A stretch of 48,245 nucleotides of DNA from Candidatus Eiseniibacteriota bacterium (GTDB taxonomy: Bacteria; Eisenbacteria; RBG-16-71-46). A program made the position numbers and the translations under genes. The DNA is taken from positions 1 to 48,245 of the forward strand of contig JBGAOA010000033.1 in assembly GCA_044222065.1 (NCBI GenBank), read 5' to 3'. The stretch's first letter is position 1; each line of letters begins with the position of its first letter. The notes below the pieces were generated by a model. It saw only the letters and a list, made by a program, of their open reading frames with translations, ran no database searches and was not told the DNA's origin. Positions 30,509 to 39,930 of the stretch are shown here, piece by piece.

Positions 30509-31425
30509 CGGAGGTCCTCCAGGGCGGTGCGCACGAAGCCGTGCGCACGCGCGAGTCGCCGCTCGGCGTCGTCGCGCGAGCAGCCGGCCTTGAGCATCAC
30601 GATCGCGGTCTTCACGCTCTTCCCCGCGGCTTCGATCGCGCGCGCGGCCGCGTCGTAGTCCGCGCCCGTCACGGTCATGACGGTGCGCCGCGAGCGCTCG
30701 ACGAGCTTCTGACTCGTCGCCATCAGGTCCACCATCATGTTCTCGTAGAGCTTGCCCGAGCGGATGAACGCCGTCGTCGTGATCATGTTGAGCACGAGCT
30801 TCTGCGCGGTGCCCGACTTCATGCGCGTCGAGCCCATCACGGCCTCGGGGCCGACGATGGGACAGATCGCGACGTCCACGGGCAGCGTGAACTCCGCGCG
30901 CGGCGTGCACGTCACGTACGCGGTGCGCGCGCCACGCGCGCGCGCGCGCGCGAGTGCCGCGACGACGAACGGCGTGCGCCGGCTCGCGGCGATGCCGATC
31001 ACGGTATCGCGCGGGCCCACGTCCTTCTCGTCCATCGCGCGCTCGCCCTCGTCGGTGCGGTCCTCGGCGCCTTCGACGGCGCGCACGAGCGCCCCCATTC
31101 CGCCCGCGATCACGCCCTGCACGCGCTCGGGATCGGAGCCGAACGTCGGCGGGCACTCCGAGGCGTCGAGCACGCCGAGCCGGCCGCTCGTCCCCGCGCC
31201 GACGTAGATCAGCCGCCCGCCCTCGGCGAACGACGCGACCACGAGTTCCACCGCGCGTTCGATGTGCGGGATCTCGGCGGCGACGGCCTCCGGCACGGTG
31301 CGGTCCTCGGCGCTCAGGCGTTCGAGGACGCCGCGCGCATCGAGCGTGTCGAGATCCATCGTGCGGGGGTTCCGCTGCTCGGTGGCGAGCCGCGCGAACT
31401 CCTCGAAGCGGGCGCGATCGTCCAT
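30505..31425 (-). CDS. murQ: N-acetylmuramic acid 6-phosphate etherase
   Basis: TEQRNP, GAGTSGRLGVLDASECPPTFG, GSTRMKSGTAQK, ENMMVD. Confidence 0.97.
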   Translation of the reverse strand: MDDRARFEEFARLATEQRNPRTMDLDTLDARGVLERLSAEDRTVPEAVAAEIPHIERAVELVVASFAEGGRLIYVGAGTSGRLGVLDASECPPTFGSDPERVQGVIAGGMGALVRAVEGAEDRTDEGERAMDEKDVGPRDTVIGIAASRRTPFVVAALARARARGARTAYVTCTPRAEFTLPVDVAICPIVGPEAVMGSTRMKSGTAQKLVLNMITTTAFIRSGKLYENMMVDLMATSQKLVERSRRTVMTVTGADYDAAARAIEAAGKSVKTAIVMLKAGCSRDDAERRLARAHGFVRTALEDLR

Positions 31426-31542
31426 GTCGCTCCTGCGAGGTGAGTGCCGTCGTCCGTGGGTCGCGGCAGGATGCCACGCGCCCGCGGGGGCTTCAACACC
31501 GGCGGAGGCGAATGCGGGCCGGGCGGCGCGGAGCCCCGCGCG

Positions 31543-33978
31543 TCAGCGCAGCACGACGACGCGCGCCGTCGCGACGCCTCGGACCGTGGTGGCGCGCAGG
31601 AAGTGGACGCCGGAGCCGACCGTTTCTCCGAGATCGAGCGGGTGCTCCCCCGCGTGTAGCCGTTCGAAATCGCGCCGCGCGATGCGCCGTCCCGTGACGT
31701 CGAAGAGCTCGAGCCGCACGGGCCCCGGTTCGGCGAGCGCCAGCCGTGCGACGATGCGGCCGACGAGCGGCGCGGCGAGCGGGCGAAGCTCGAGCGCGGG
31801 AGCGATCGCGCGCGGCGCCACGTCCGCATTCGAAGGCGGCGCCGGCGTGAACAGCAGCGCGACGTCGTTCGAGCCGGCGTTCGCGACGGCGACGTCGGGG
31901 CGGCCATCCGAATCGAAGTCGCCGGCGACCATCGCGCACGGCCCCACGCCTTCGCCGAGGAGTCGCACGTCCGGAAATCCCGGCGCGCCGCCGACGGCGA
32001 GCCGGAGCGCATCACCGGAGCGGTCGGCGACCAGCACGTCGCTCCACGCGTCCCCGGTGAGTTCGGCGACGAGCATCGCGACGGGGCCGCCCGGAAGCAG
32101 CGGCTGCTCCAGGGCCGTCGGAACGAATGCGTCGGCGACGCCGTTCTCGAATCGCAGGCTCACGACGCGCTCTTCGATCCGATCGGTGTCCGTGCGGACG
32201 ACGGCGGACACGAGGTCCTCGTCGCCGTCGCCATCGAGGTCCGCGAGCGTGACCGGGGCTGCGGTCGCGCTCGGGTAGACCGGTTGGGCTCCACAGTTCG
32301 GGCACGCGCCGTCGAACGACCCGGCGCCGTCGCCCGCGAGGAGCATCGCGCTCGCGTGCAGGAATTCGTGAGTTCCGAGCACGAGGTCCGGAACGCCGTC
32401 GTCGGACCAGTCGCCGAGCGCAAGGCTCGTGAAGGGGGGCGACGAAGCACCGACCGACGGCTCGAACGTCGTCACCGCGAACGCGCCGCCCGGGCTGCGC
32501 AACACGGTGAGCGCGAGCTGCGTGCGGCTCGCGGCCACGGCGTCGGTGCGTCCGTCGCCGTCGAGGTCGCCCGACACGAGCGCGAACGGTTCGGGGCACG
32601 AGGCGAAGTCCGAGCGCACCCCCAGCGCGCCGCCCGCGGACACGGGCACGAGCGAGACGACGCCCGCGCTGTCGCTCGCGATCACGATCGCGCGCGCGCC
32701 TCCCGCGCCGAGGTCCGCGACGGCGACCGCGGACACGCCGGGTGCGGCCTCGACGGAATCGCGCGCTTCGAATCCGCCCGCGCCGTCGCCCGCGAGCAGC
32801 AGCACGCGCCGCGCGCCGCGACAGCCGACCACGAGGTCCGCGACCCCGTCGCCGGTGAGTTCTGCGGTCGCGAGCGCGACCGGCCCGGCGGGCACGGGCA
32901 CGCGCTTCGGGTCGAAGAGCCCCGTGCGATTCTCGAACACGCGGACTCTCGCGCCCCGGTTCTCGATCGCGACCAGCTCGGGACGTCCGTCGGGGACGAA
33001 CTCGCACGCGGCGAGCGCTCGAATGTCGGGCCCCGCGAAGAGGCTCGGTCCGCTCGCAAAGCCGCCGAAGCCGTCGCCCCACGCGACGTGAACCTCGGCC
33101 GAGTCGAATCCGGCCGCGTCGAGACGTCCGTCCCAGTTGAAGTCGGCGAGCAGGCACGCGGGCCGCTCGAGCGGCGGCCCCGCGTGAAAGGCGCCGCCGC
33201 CCGAGCCGAGGAAGACCGAAGCACCCACGACGAGGTCGGGCAGCGGATCAGGATCGAGCCGGCCGATCGAAATTCCCCCTCCGCCGGGCGCCTCGAAGCA
33301 CAAGAACGGAAACGACCCGTCGCCCGCTCCGAGGCAAGCCAGCGTCCACGCGTTCTCCCAGCCCGCCACGAGGTCCAGCCGTCCGTCGAGGTCGAGATCC
33401 GCGAGCGCGAAGTCCGACACGTCGATCAGCAGTTCGGTGACGACGGCGCTGTCCATGAGCCCGCCACCGAAGCCCGGTCGGACGACGATGTGACGGTTGT
33501 CGGCCGCCGTCACGAGGTCGGGAATTCCGTCGCCCGTCACGTCGGCGACCCGCGGGGGCACGGTACGGTTCACGCCCGGAGGCGCGGGCAGCGGCACCGC
33601 GGGGACGAGGAACCCCGAGAGGGCGCCGCGCCAGAAGCCGTCGTGCGTCACGAGGTCCGCGCGTCCGTCGCCATCGAGGTCCGCGATCGTCACGGTCGTC
33701 GCGGACGACTCGACGCTCACCCACGGCGCGCGTTCGAAGCCGTCCGCCGCTCCGCGCCACACGATCAGCGCCTGACCGTCTCCGACGACGGCGTCGGGAA
33801 CCCCATCGGCGTCCACGTCGCCGATCGCGACGCATCGAGTCGCCGGGATGAGCCCCATCGGCAGCAGCGGCGCATCGGCCGAGCCGGCGAGCGGCGTCGC
33901 GAACGCCGGCGCCGACGGAACGAGCGCGAGCAGCGCGGCGGTGACGGTGGCGAGCGCATCGCGAGTCGCGAACCTCAT
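31543..33978 (-). CDS. Secreted FG-GAP/VCBS-repeat beta-propeller protein with C-terminal sorting-type domain
   Basis: Signal peptide; roughly a dozen D-x-[DT]-G-D-G-x-x-D repeats; C-terminal VRLELFDVTGRRI..SGVHFLR..RVVVLR, resembling T9SS type A/FlgD-like tails. Confidence 0.88.
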   Translation of the reverse strand: MRFATRDALATVTAALLALVPSAPAFATPLAGSADAPLLPMGLIPATRCVAIGDVDADGVPDAVVGDGQALIVWRGAADGFERAPWVSVESSATTVTIADLDGDGRADLVTHDGFWRGALSGFLVPAVPLPAPPGVNRTVPPRVADVTGDGIPDLVTAADNRHIVVRPGFGGGLMDSAVVTELLIDVSDFALADLDLDGRLDLVAGWENAWTLACLGAGDGSFPFLCFEAPGGGGISIGRLDPDPLPDLVVGASVFLGSGGGAFHAGPPLERPACLLADFNWDGRLDAAGFDSAEVHVAWGDGFGGFASGPSLFAGPDIRALAACEFVPDGRPELVAIENRGARVRVFENRTGLFDPKRVPVPAGPVALATAELTGDGVADLVVGCRGARRVLLLAGDGAGGFEARDSVEAAPGVSAVAVADLGAGGARAIVIASDSAGVVSLVPVSAGGALGVRSDFASCPEPFALVSGDLDGDGRTDAVAASRTQLALTVLRSPGGAFAVTTFEPSVGASSPPFTSLALGDWSDDGVPDLVLGTHEFLHASAMLLAGDGAGSFDGACPNCGAQPVYPSATAAPVTLADLDGDGDEDLVSAVVRTDTDRIEERVVSLRFENGVADAFVPTALEQPLLPGGPVAMLVAELTGDAWSDVLVADRSGDALRLAVGGAPGFPDVRLLGEGVGPCAMVAGDFDSDGRPDVAVANAGSNDVALLFTPAPPSNADVAPRAIAPALELRPLAAPLVGRIVARLALAEPGPVRLELFDVTGRRIARRDFERLHAGEHPLDLGETVGSGVHFLRATTVRGVATARVVVLR

Positions 33979-34083
33979 CGGCGCCTCCGCGGTTCCGCGC
34001 CCGCGCCACTCCGGATCGCAGGACGCATCGCTTCGGCCCCGCCACTTGACCGGACGCGATCGTGCGCGAATGCTCGCCGCTCC

Positions 34084-34968
34084 ATGCCCGAACTCCCCGA
34101 AGTCGAGACCGTCCGGCGCATGCTCGCGTCGGTCATCCCGGGCCGCACGATAGCCCGCGCCTCCGCTTCACGCCATCGCCTGCGCGGCCGCGCGCTCGGC
34201 GGCGTGGCGCGCGCGCTCGGCGGCCGCACGTTCCTCGTGCCGCGCCGCACGGGCAAGTTCCTGCTGCTCGATCTCGACGGCGGGACGACGCTGCTCTCGC
34301 ACCTCGGCATGAGCGGCCGCTGGCTGTTCTGGAAGCGCGCGCGCGACGCCGACGACGCGCTCGACCACGTGCACCTGAAGCTCGAGTTCGAGGACGGCGC
34401 CGTGCTGTGGTTCCAGGACATCCGCCGCTTCGGCGTCGCACGCCTCGTTCCGACCGAGCGGCTCGATCGCGATCCGTCGCTGCGGTTGCTCGGACCCGAC
34501 CCGATCGCCGAGCCACCGAGCGGCGAGTCGCTGCGCGCGCTCGCCCGCGGCGCGCGCGTGTCGGTGAAGAACTTCCTGCTCGACCAGAAGAGGATCGCCG
34601 GGGTCGGGAACATCTACGCGAGCGAAGTGCTGTTCCGCGCGCGTGTGGATCCGCGACGCCGGGCGGGCGCGCTCGCGCTCGAGGAGTGGTCCGCGATCGC
34701 CCGCGAGACGATCGCGACGCTCGGCGAGGCGATCGAGCGCATGGGCACGACCTTCAGCCTGTACCGCACGCTCTGGAACGAACCGGGCGGTTACGGCGAG
34801 CAGTTGCGCGTCTACGACCGGGCCGGGGAAGCGTGCCGGGTCTGCCGAACGCCGGTTCTGCGGATCGTTCAGGGCCAGCGCTCTACCTTCTATTGCCCGC
34901 GCTGCCAGTCCGGAATCCGTCGCACCCGGGCGCGTCCGCGGCCATCGCGCGCCCGCGCAGGCGCTTAG
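34084..34968 (+). CDS. mutM: Formamidopyrimidine-DNA glycosylase
   Basis: MPELPEVE, HLGMSG, LLDQKRIAGVGNIYASE, C-terminal CRVC/CPRCQ zinc finger. Confidence 0.97.
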   Translation: MPELPEVETVRRMLASVIPGRTIARASASRHRLRGRALGGVARALGGRTFLVPRRTGKFLLLDLDGGTTLLSHLGMSGRWLFWKRARDADDALDHVHLKLEFEDGAVLWFQDIRRFGVARLVPTERLDRDPSLRLLGPDPIAEPPSGESLRALARGARVSVKNFLLDQKRIAGVGNIYASEVLFRARVDPRRRAGALALEEWSAIARETIATLGEAIERMGTTFSLYRTLWNEPGGYGEQLRVYDRAGEACRVCRTPVLRIVQGQRSTFYCPRCQSGIRRTRARPRPSRARAGA

Positions 34969-35026
34969 CCGCCGGATCTCACGCAACGCGCTCGCGCGAG
35001 CGGCCCCCGCGTCCCCACCTTTTCTA

Positions 35027-35055
35027 TTGCCCCGCCCCGGAGCCTCCCCTAAATT
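35027..35055 (+). promoter_or_regulatory. Putative sigma70 promoter of the helicase gene
   Basis: TTGCCC, 17 nt spacer, TAAATT, with an AT-rich tract just upstream; ~90 nt leader to a GGAGG RBS. Confidence 0.5.
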
Positions 35056-35149
35056 CCGGGGTCGCCCGGCCGCCTACGGCTCCTCGCTCTTCCGGCGCAG
35101 GCTGGGTCTGCTCAAGCACTTACATCCCTGAGTTCATAACGGAGGTCTC

Positions 35150-36595
35150 GTGACTTTCGCTTCATTCGGGCTGCCCCCGGTCATCCTCAAGGGCATTCGC
35201 GCCGCGGGCTTCACCGACCCCACCGCGATCCAGTCGAAGGCGATCCCGGTGATCATGGAAGGCAACGATCTGATCGGCACCGCCCAGCGCGGCAGCGGCA
35301 AGACCGGCGCCTACGTGATCCCGATCCTCGCCCGCCTGATCGACAACACCACCACGCGCCTGCGCGCGATCATCCTCGCGCCCACTCGCGACCTCGCGCA
35401 GTACATCGAGAGCCGCGTGCGCCTCTACATGCGCTTCACCCCGATCACGGTCGGCGTCGTGTTCAGCGGCGCGCCGCTTCCGCCGCAGGAGAAGATGCTG
35501 CGCGAGAGCGCGATCGACATCCTCGTCGCGACGCCCGGCCGGCTGCTCGAGCTGCACGCGAAGGGCGCCGTGCGCTTCGAGGACGTCGAGGTCATGGTGC
35601 TCGACGAGGCCGACGAGCTCGTGACGCTCGGACTCGCGGACGAGATCCGCACGCTGCTCAAACTCCTTCCCGAGACGCGCCAGACGCTGCTGTTCGCGAT
35701 GACGATGCCGCCCGAGCTGAACCGGCTCGCGAAGGAAGCGCTCATCGAGCCCGTGCGCGTGGACATGGTGCCGGCGCAGAAGGGCCAGGGCAGCCTCACG
35801 CAGACGATCTACCCGGTGCCCCGCGAGCTGAAGCTCGACCTGCTGGACGAGCTGTTCTCGCGCACCGAGCTGCGCGGCACGATGGTGCTGTGCCGCCACC
35901 GGAGCGGCGCCGAGCGCGTCGCGAAGATGCTCCAGCGCCACGGCCACTCGTTCGCGATCCTCGACGACCACGGCAGCCAGGACGCGCGCGAGGAACGCCT
36001 CGACGAGCTCAAGCGCGACCGCATCACCGTGCTGCTCGCGAGCGAGGCGGCGACGCGCGCGCTCGACCTGACGGGCGTCGCGCACGTCGTCAACGTGGAC
36101 GTGCCGGCGACTCCCGAGGACTACGTGCACCGGCTCGGACGCCAGGGCCGGCAGGAGCCGGTCGGCGACGTGACGACACTCATGGCGCCGGAGGAGCAGC
36201 GCGACGTCGCCGCGATCGAGCGGCTGCTCGGGCGCGCGATCCCGCGCGTGTGGCTCCCCGACTTCGACTACGGCATGCGGCCGCGCGAGATCCACAAGCT
36301 CGTGAGCTACGGCGACGAGGCCGTGCGCCACAAGGCGCCGCGGCATTCGCCGCTGCAGCAGGCGGTCTCGAAGATCGCCGTCGTCGCGCGCCCGACCGAC
36401 GGCTCGAGGGGCGGGAAGCACCTCGCGTCCGGCAAGGCCTCGGGTGCCGCGAAGAAGCCCGCGACCGCGGCGAAGCCCGCCGCGGCGAAGAAGCCGGCGG
36501 CGGCCGCGAAGCCCGCGGCGCCGAAGAAGCCCGCGCCCCCGCGCGCGGCGGCGCCGAAGAAGCCGACCGCGCCGAGGCCCGCGAAGAAGCGCTGA
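35150..36595 (+). CDS. DEAD-box RNA helicase (RhlE-like, divergent motifs) with Lys/Ala/Pro repeat tail
   Basis: Q motif PTAIQ, GSGKT, PTRDLA, TPGRL, DEAD, YVHRLGR; C-terminal AAKKPA repeats. Confidence 0.9.
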   Translation: MTFASFGLPPVILKGIRAAGFTDPTAIQSKAIPVIMEGNDLIGTAQRGSGKTGAYVIPILARLIDNTTTRLRAIILAPTRDLAQYIESRVRLYMRFTPITVGVVFSGAPLPPQEKMLRESAIDILVATPGRLLELHAKGAVRFEDVEVMVLDEADELVTLGLADEIRTLLKLLPETRQTLLFAMTMPPELNRLAKEALIEPVRVDMVPAQKGQGSLTQTIYPVPRELKLDLLDELFSRTELRGTMVLCRHRSGAERVAKMLQRHGHSFAILDDHGSQDAREERLDELKRDRITVLLASEAATRALDLTGVAHVVNVDVPATPEDYVHRLGRQGRQEPVGDVTTLMAPEEQRDVAAIERLLGRAIPRVWLPDFDYGMRPREIHKLVSYGDEAVRHKAPRHSPLQQAVSKIAVVARPTDGSRGGKHLASGKASGAAKKPATAAKPAAAKKPAAAAKPAAPKKPAPPRAAAPKKPTAPRPAKKR

Positions 36596-36602
36596 GCGTC
36601 CG

Positions 36603-36646
36603 GAACGAAACGGGCGCCGCTCCCCGAGCGGCGCCCGGCGTCGTTC
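36603..36646. terminator. Hairpin terminator between the convergent helicase and AlaX genes
   Basis: Perfect 12-bp stem CGGGCGCCGCTC-ccc-GAGCGGCGCCCG (36611-36637); TTTCGTT follows on the minus strand. Confidence 0.7.
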
Positions 36647-36653
36647 GCGGCGG

Positions 36654-37847
36654 TCAGGCGAGCGCTTCGTCGAGGCGCTCGCACGCGAGGTCGAACGCGG
36701 CGCGCGCGCGCGCGGCGTCGGCGCACGACATCTGCAGGAAGTCGGGCCCGCCGCCGCCCTTGCCGCCGCCCGCTTCGAGCAACGGGGCGAGGATCTTCCG
36801 CAGGTCGCCCCGCCCGCCCTTTGCGCGCGCGACGAGCAGGCACGGCTCGGGCGATCCGGCCGCCGCGACCACCGCCGGGCAGCCCGCTTCGAGCGCCTGG
36901 AACGCGTAGAGGCGCACCTCGTCGCGCGGGCGCTCGGCGCTCCACGCGGCGTGCGGCACGGCCGGGTTCGTGATCGCCGCGCGCACCTCGGCCGCGATCG
37001 CGCCCGCGGCGAGTTCGGCGACGCGCTTCTTCAAGGCGTCGCGCTCTTCGGCCGCGCGCTCGAGGTGCGCGATCAGCTCGCGGTCCTTGAGCGTGCGCCG
37101 CTTCGCGCCCTCGAGCAGCGCCTCGGTGCGCCACGCGTGGTCGAGCAGCGCGCGCCGTCCGCACAGGAACTCGAAGCGCACGTTGCCGCGCACCTTCTCC
37201 CACCGCACGATCTTGATCGCCCCGACCTCGCCCGTGGAGCGCGTGTGCGTGCCGCCGCACGCCGAAACGTCCCAGTCGGGAATCTCGACGATCCGGATCC
37301 GGCCGCTCGCCTTGAGCGCCTTGCGGAGCGCGAAGCGCTTCGCGCCCTCTTCGTCGGTCCAGTGCAGGCGGATCGGCCGGTTCTCCCACACGATCCGGTT
37401 CGCCGCCTCCTCCACGCGCGCGACCGTGCGCCAGTCGGCATCCGCGAGCGCGAGCTCGATCGACGCGCGCTCCTCGCCGAGGTGGCTCGACAGCGTCGCC
37501 GCGTCCAGCTCGCGCACGAACGCGGCCGACAGCACGTGCTGGCCGGTGTGCTGCTGCATGTGGTCGAAGCGCCGCGCCCAGTCCACCTCGCCCGCGACGT
37601 CGCCCGCGGGCGGCGCCGATCCGGGCGCGAGGGCGTGCCACACGCGGCGGTCGTCGTCGGCCTGCACGTCCACGACGCCCGCGCCCGCGAGCGTGCCGCG
37701 GTCCGCCTCCTGCCCGCCGCTCTCGGGGTAGAAGTACGTCGTGTCGAGCTCGACCTCGAGGCGTGCGTCGCGCTCGCGCACGTCGGCGACGCGCGTCGCG
37801 AACCGCGTCGTGTAGGCGTCGTCGTAGTAGAGCCGGTCCGACGCCAC
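36654..37847 (-). CDS. AlaX-type alanyl-tRNA editing protein with DHHA1 domain
   Basis: FYPESGGQEADRG, HMQQHTGQH and CGGTH zinc motifs, GGKGGGG tail. Confidence 0.92.
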   Translation of the reverse strand: MASDRLYYDDAYTTRFATRVADVRERDARLEVELDTTYFYPESGGQEADRGTLAGAGVVDVQADDDRRVWHALAPGSAPPAGDVAGEVDWARRFDHMQQHTGQHVLSAAFVRELDAATLSSHLGEERASIELALADADWRTVARVEEAANRIVWENRPIRLHWTDEEGAKRFALRKALKASGRIRIVEIPDWDVSACGGTHTRSTGEVGAIKIVRWEKVRGNVRFEFLCGRRALLDHAWRTEALLEGAKRRTLKDRELIAHLERAAEERDALKKRVAELAAGAIAAEVRAAITNPAVPHAAWSAERPRDEVRLYAFQALEAGCPAVVAAAGSPEPCLLVARAKGGRGDLRKILAPLLEAGGGKGGGGPDFLQMSCADAARARAAFDLACERLDEALA

Positions 37848-37848
37848 C

Positions 37849-38886
37849 TCAGCGCGCCTTCCGCGCGAGCCCGAACTCGCGGAGCTTGCGCCAAAGCGTC
37901 GTGCGCGAGATGCCGAGCTGCTTCGCCGCGGCGGTCGCGTTGCCCGCGTGGCGCGCGAGCACGACCTGGATGTGCTCGCGCTCGACGTCGCCGAGCGACC
38001 ACGTCGAGCGGTCGGTCGCATCGGGCACGACCGTGCGGCCGGCGGCCGCCTCTCCGGCGCCGCCCGCGGCCGCGCGCGGCAGCAGCCGCGGCGCGCGCAC
38101 GGCGCTCGGCAGGTCCTGCGCCTCGAGCACGCGTCCCTCCGACACCGCGACCGCGTGCTCGATCGCGTTCTCGAGCTCGCGCACGTTGCCCGGGTAGTCG
38201 TAGCGCTCGAGCAGCGCCTCGGCCTCGGGGGTGAAGCGCAGCTTGCCGCGGCCCTCGCGCTGCGCGATGCGGTCGAGGAAGTACGACGCGAGGAGCCCGA
38301 TGTCCTCCTTGCGCTCGCGCAGCGGCGGCAGCTCGATCTGCACGACGTTCAGCCGGTAGTACAGGTCCTCGCGGAAGCGGCCGTTCGCGATCTCCGCGAT
38401 CAGGTCGCGGTGCGTCGCCGCGAGCACGCGCACGTTCACGAGCCGCGGCGTGTTGTCGCCGAGCCGGCGCACCTCGTTGCTCTCGAGCGTGCGCAGCAGC
38501 TTCACCTGCGCGGCGATCGGCATGTCTCCGATCTCGTCCAGGAACAGCGTGCCGCCGTCCGCCTGCTCGACGAGCCCCGAGCGTTCGCCCGCGGCCCCGG
38601 TGAAGGCGCCCTTCGCGTAGCCGAACAGCTCGCTCTCGACGAGCGACTCGGGCAGCGCCGCGACGTTCACGGGCACGAACGGCCCCGAGGCGCGGCGCGA
38701 CTGGACGTGGAGCGAGCGCGCGACCAGCTCCTTCCCCGTGCCGCTCTCGCCGAGGATCAGGACCGTGCTGTCGGTCGGGGCAATCTTCGAGACGAGCCGG
38801 AAGATGCGCTGCATCCGCGGGCTCGCGCCGACGATGTCGCGCAGGAACGGGTCGGTCGCCGCCGTCCGCGCGAAGCTCTGGGTCAT
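37849..38886 (-). CDS. Sigma54-dependent activator (AAA+ plus Fis HTH) lacking an N-terminal sensor domain
   Basis: [63 protein letters not shown]. Only ~15 aa precede the AAA+ domain. Confidence 0.93.
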   Translation of the reverse strand: MTQSFARTAATDPFLRDIVGASPRMQRIFRLVSKIAPTDSTVLILGESGTGKELVARSLHVQSRRASGPFVPVNVAALPESLVESELFGYAKGAFTGAAGERSGLVEQADGGTLFLDEIGDMPIAAQVKLLRTLESNEVRRLGDNTPRLVNVRVLAATHRDLIAEIANGRFREDLYYRLNVVQIELPPLRERKEDIGLLASYFLDRIAQREGRGKLRFTPEAEALLERYDYPGNVRELENAIEHAVAVSEGRVLEAQDLPSAVRAPRLLPRAAAGGAGEAAAGRTVVPDATDRSTWSLGDVEREHIQVVLARHAGNATAAAKQLGISRTTLWRKLREFGLARKAR

Positions 38887-38983
38887 GGGCGGAATCCCGG
38901 GTGGCCGTGGCGGTGAAAACGCGCCGGTGACGATGCCATCGCGCTCGGAAAGCGGTCAAGACCGCCGACGGCGCGGGGTGCGA

Positions 38984-39886
38984 TCAGGAGCGGCGTTCCG
39001 CCTCGCCCGGGCGCGACTCGACGAGCGCGAGCGGCGGGTTCGCGCGCAGCGACGGTTCGGCGTCCGCGAGCGGCGCCTCGCCTCCCACGACGACCTGCGG
39101 GCGAGCGGCGTACGCGGGCCCGACCTCGATGCCCGCGTCTTCCACTTCGACGAGCCGCAGGTAGAAGAACGTCCACGCGTACTGGATGATCGGCGTCACC
39201 GCCGTGATCGCGAGCCACACGACCGTGACCCACGTCGAGATCGGCACGTTCGAGAACGAGATCGAGAGCGCAGCGCCCGTGAACCACAGCACGAGCACGA
39301 GCGCGCCCGAGGCGACGATCATCTCGAGCCAGCGCTCGAAGCGGCCCGGCGTGACGTGGAACGAGTGGCGGAACGCGGCCGCCGCGTTGCGGTCGCCGAG
39401 CACGACGGCCTCGGTCGCGAACGACAGGCGGAAGCCGAGCCACAGTCCCGGCACGACGAAGAACAGCATCGCGAACGTCACGGCGAGGTTGCGCAGCGTC
39501 TCGGTGACGAGCAGCCAGCCCACTCGGCCGAGCCCCTGCGCGTAGCAATCGAGGATCGGCATCGGCGCGACTTCCGGCGGCGTGTTGAACACCGAGCGCG
39601 CGCGGATGCGCAGCATCGCGGTCGTGACCAGGAAGACGAGCCAGTCGCCGAGCACCGCGCAGCTCGTGATGAACACGACGCGCGCCGGATGCTCCGCCTC
39701 CTGGTACGGCGGCAGCAGCGCGGTCGCGACGATCCACGGCGCGCGCAGCAGCAGCGGCACGACGAGCGAATGGAAGGCGTCGCGGCGAATCGCGAGATCG
39801 AACGCGAGCGCGAACGCGTGGCGGACGGAAGCCGGTCGGAGGCGTTGGGACACGGGGCGTGTGCGGGTGGGCCTCGAGGGGATCAC
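38984..39886 (-). CDS. Hypothetical integral membrane protein
   Basis: About six hydrophobic segments; FFVVPGLWL and AFRHSFHVTPGRF patterns seen in generic membrane-domain proteins. Start uncertain (GTG at 39901, 39886 or 39853). Confidence 0.7.
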   Translation of the reverse strand: MIPSRPTRTRPVSQRLRPASVRHAFALAFDLAIRRDAFHSLVVPLLLRAPWIVATALLPPYQEAEHPARVVFITSCAVLGDWLVFLVTTAMLRIRARSVFNTPPEVAPMPILDCYAQGLGRVGWLLVTETLRNLAVTFAMLFFVVPGLWLGFRLSFATEAVVLGDRNAAAAFRHSFHVTPGRFERWLEMIVASGALVLVLWFTGAALSISFSNVPISTWVTVVWLAITAVTPIIQYAWTFFYLRLVEVEDAGIEVGPAYAARPQVVVGGEAPLADAEPSLRANPPLALVESRPGEAERRS

Positions 39887-39894
39887 GAGGCGCG

Positions 39895-39927
39895 TTGACA
39901 CTAGGTTCGCCGCGTCCCTAGTGTCAA
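39895..39927. promoter_or_regulatory. Perfect 11-bp inverted repeat forming a symmetric bidirectional promoter or operator
   Basis: TTGACACTAGG-N11-CCTAGTGTCAA; reads TTGACA-N18-TAGTGT on both strands. Confidence 0.75.
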
Positions 39928-39930
39928 GGA

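Noticed and set aside
31800..33830. Recurring GTCGCCGTCG-like DNA motifs as a repeat array
   Set aside because: They encode the FG-GAP D-x-D-G-D-G protein repeats.
32284..34083. Apparent long N-terminal extensions on mutM, anmK, the permease, rlmI, the Rieske oxygenase and the GT-C protein in the ORF track
   Set aside because: Artefacts of taking the first upstream start codon; true starts are marked by RBSs, stop/start overlaps or conserved N-termini such as MPELPEVE.
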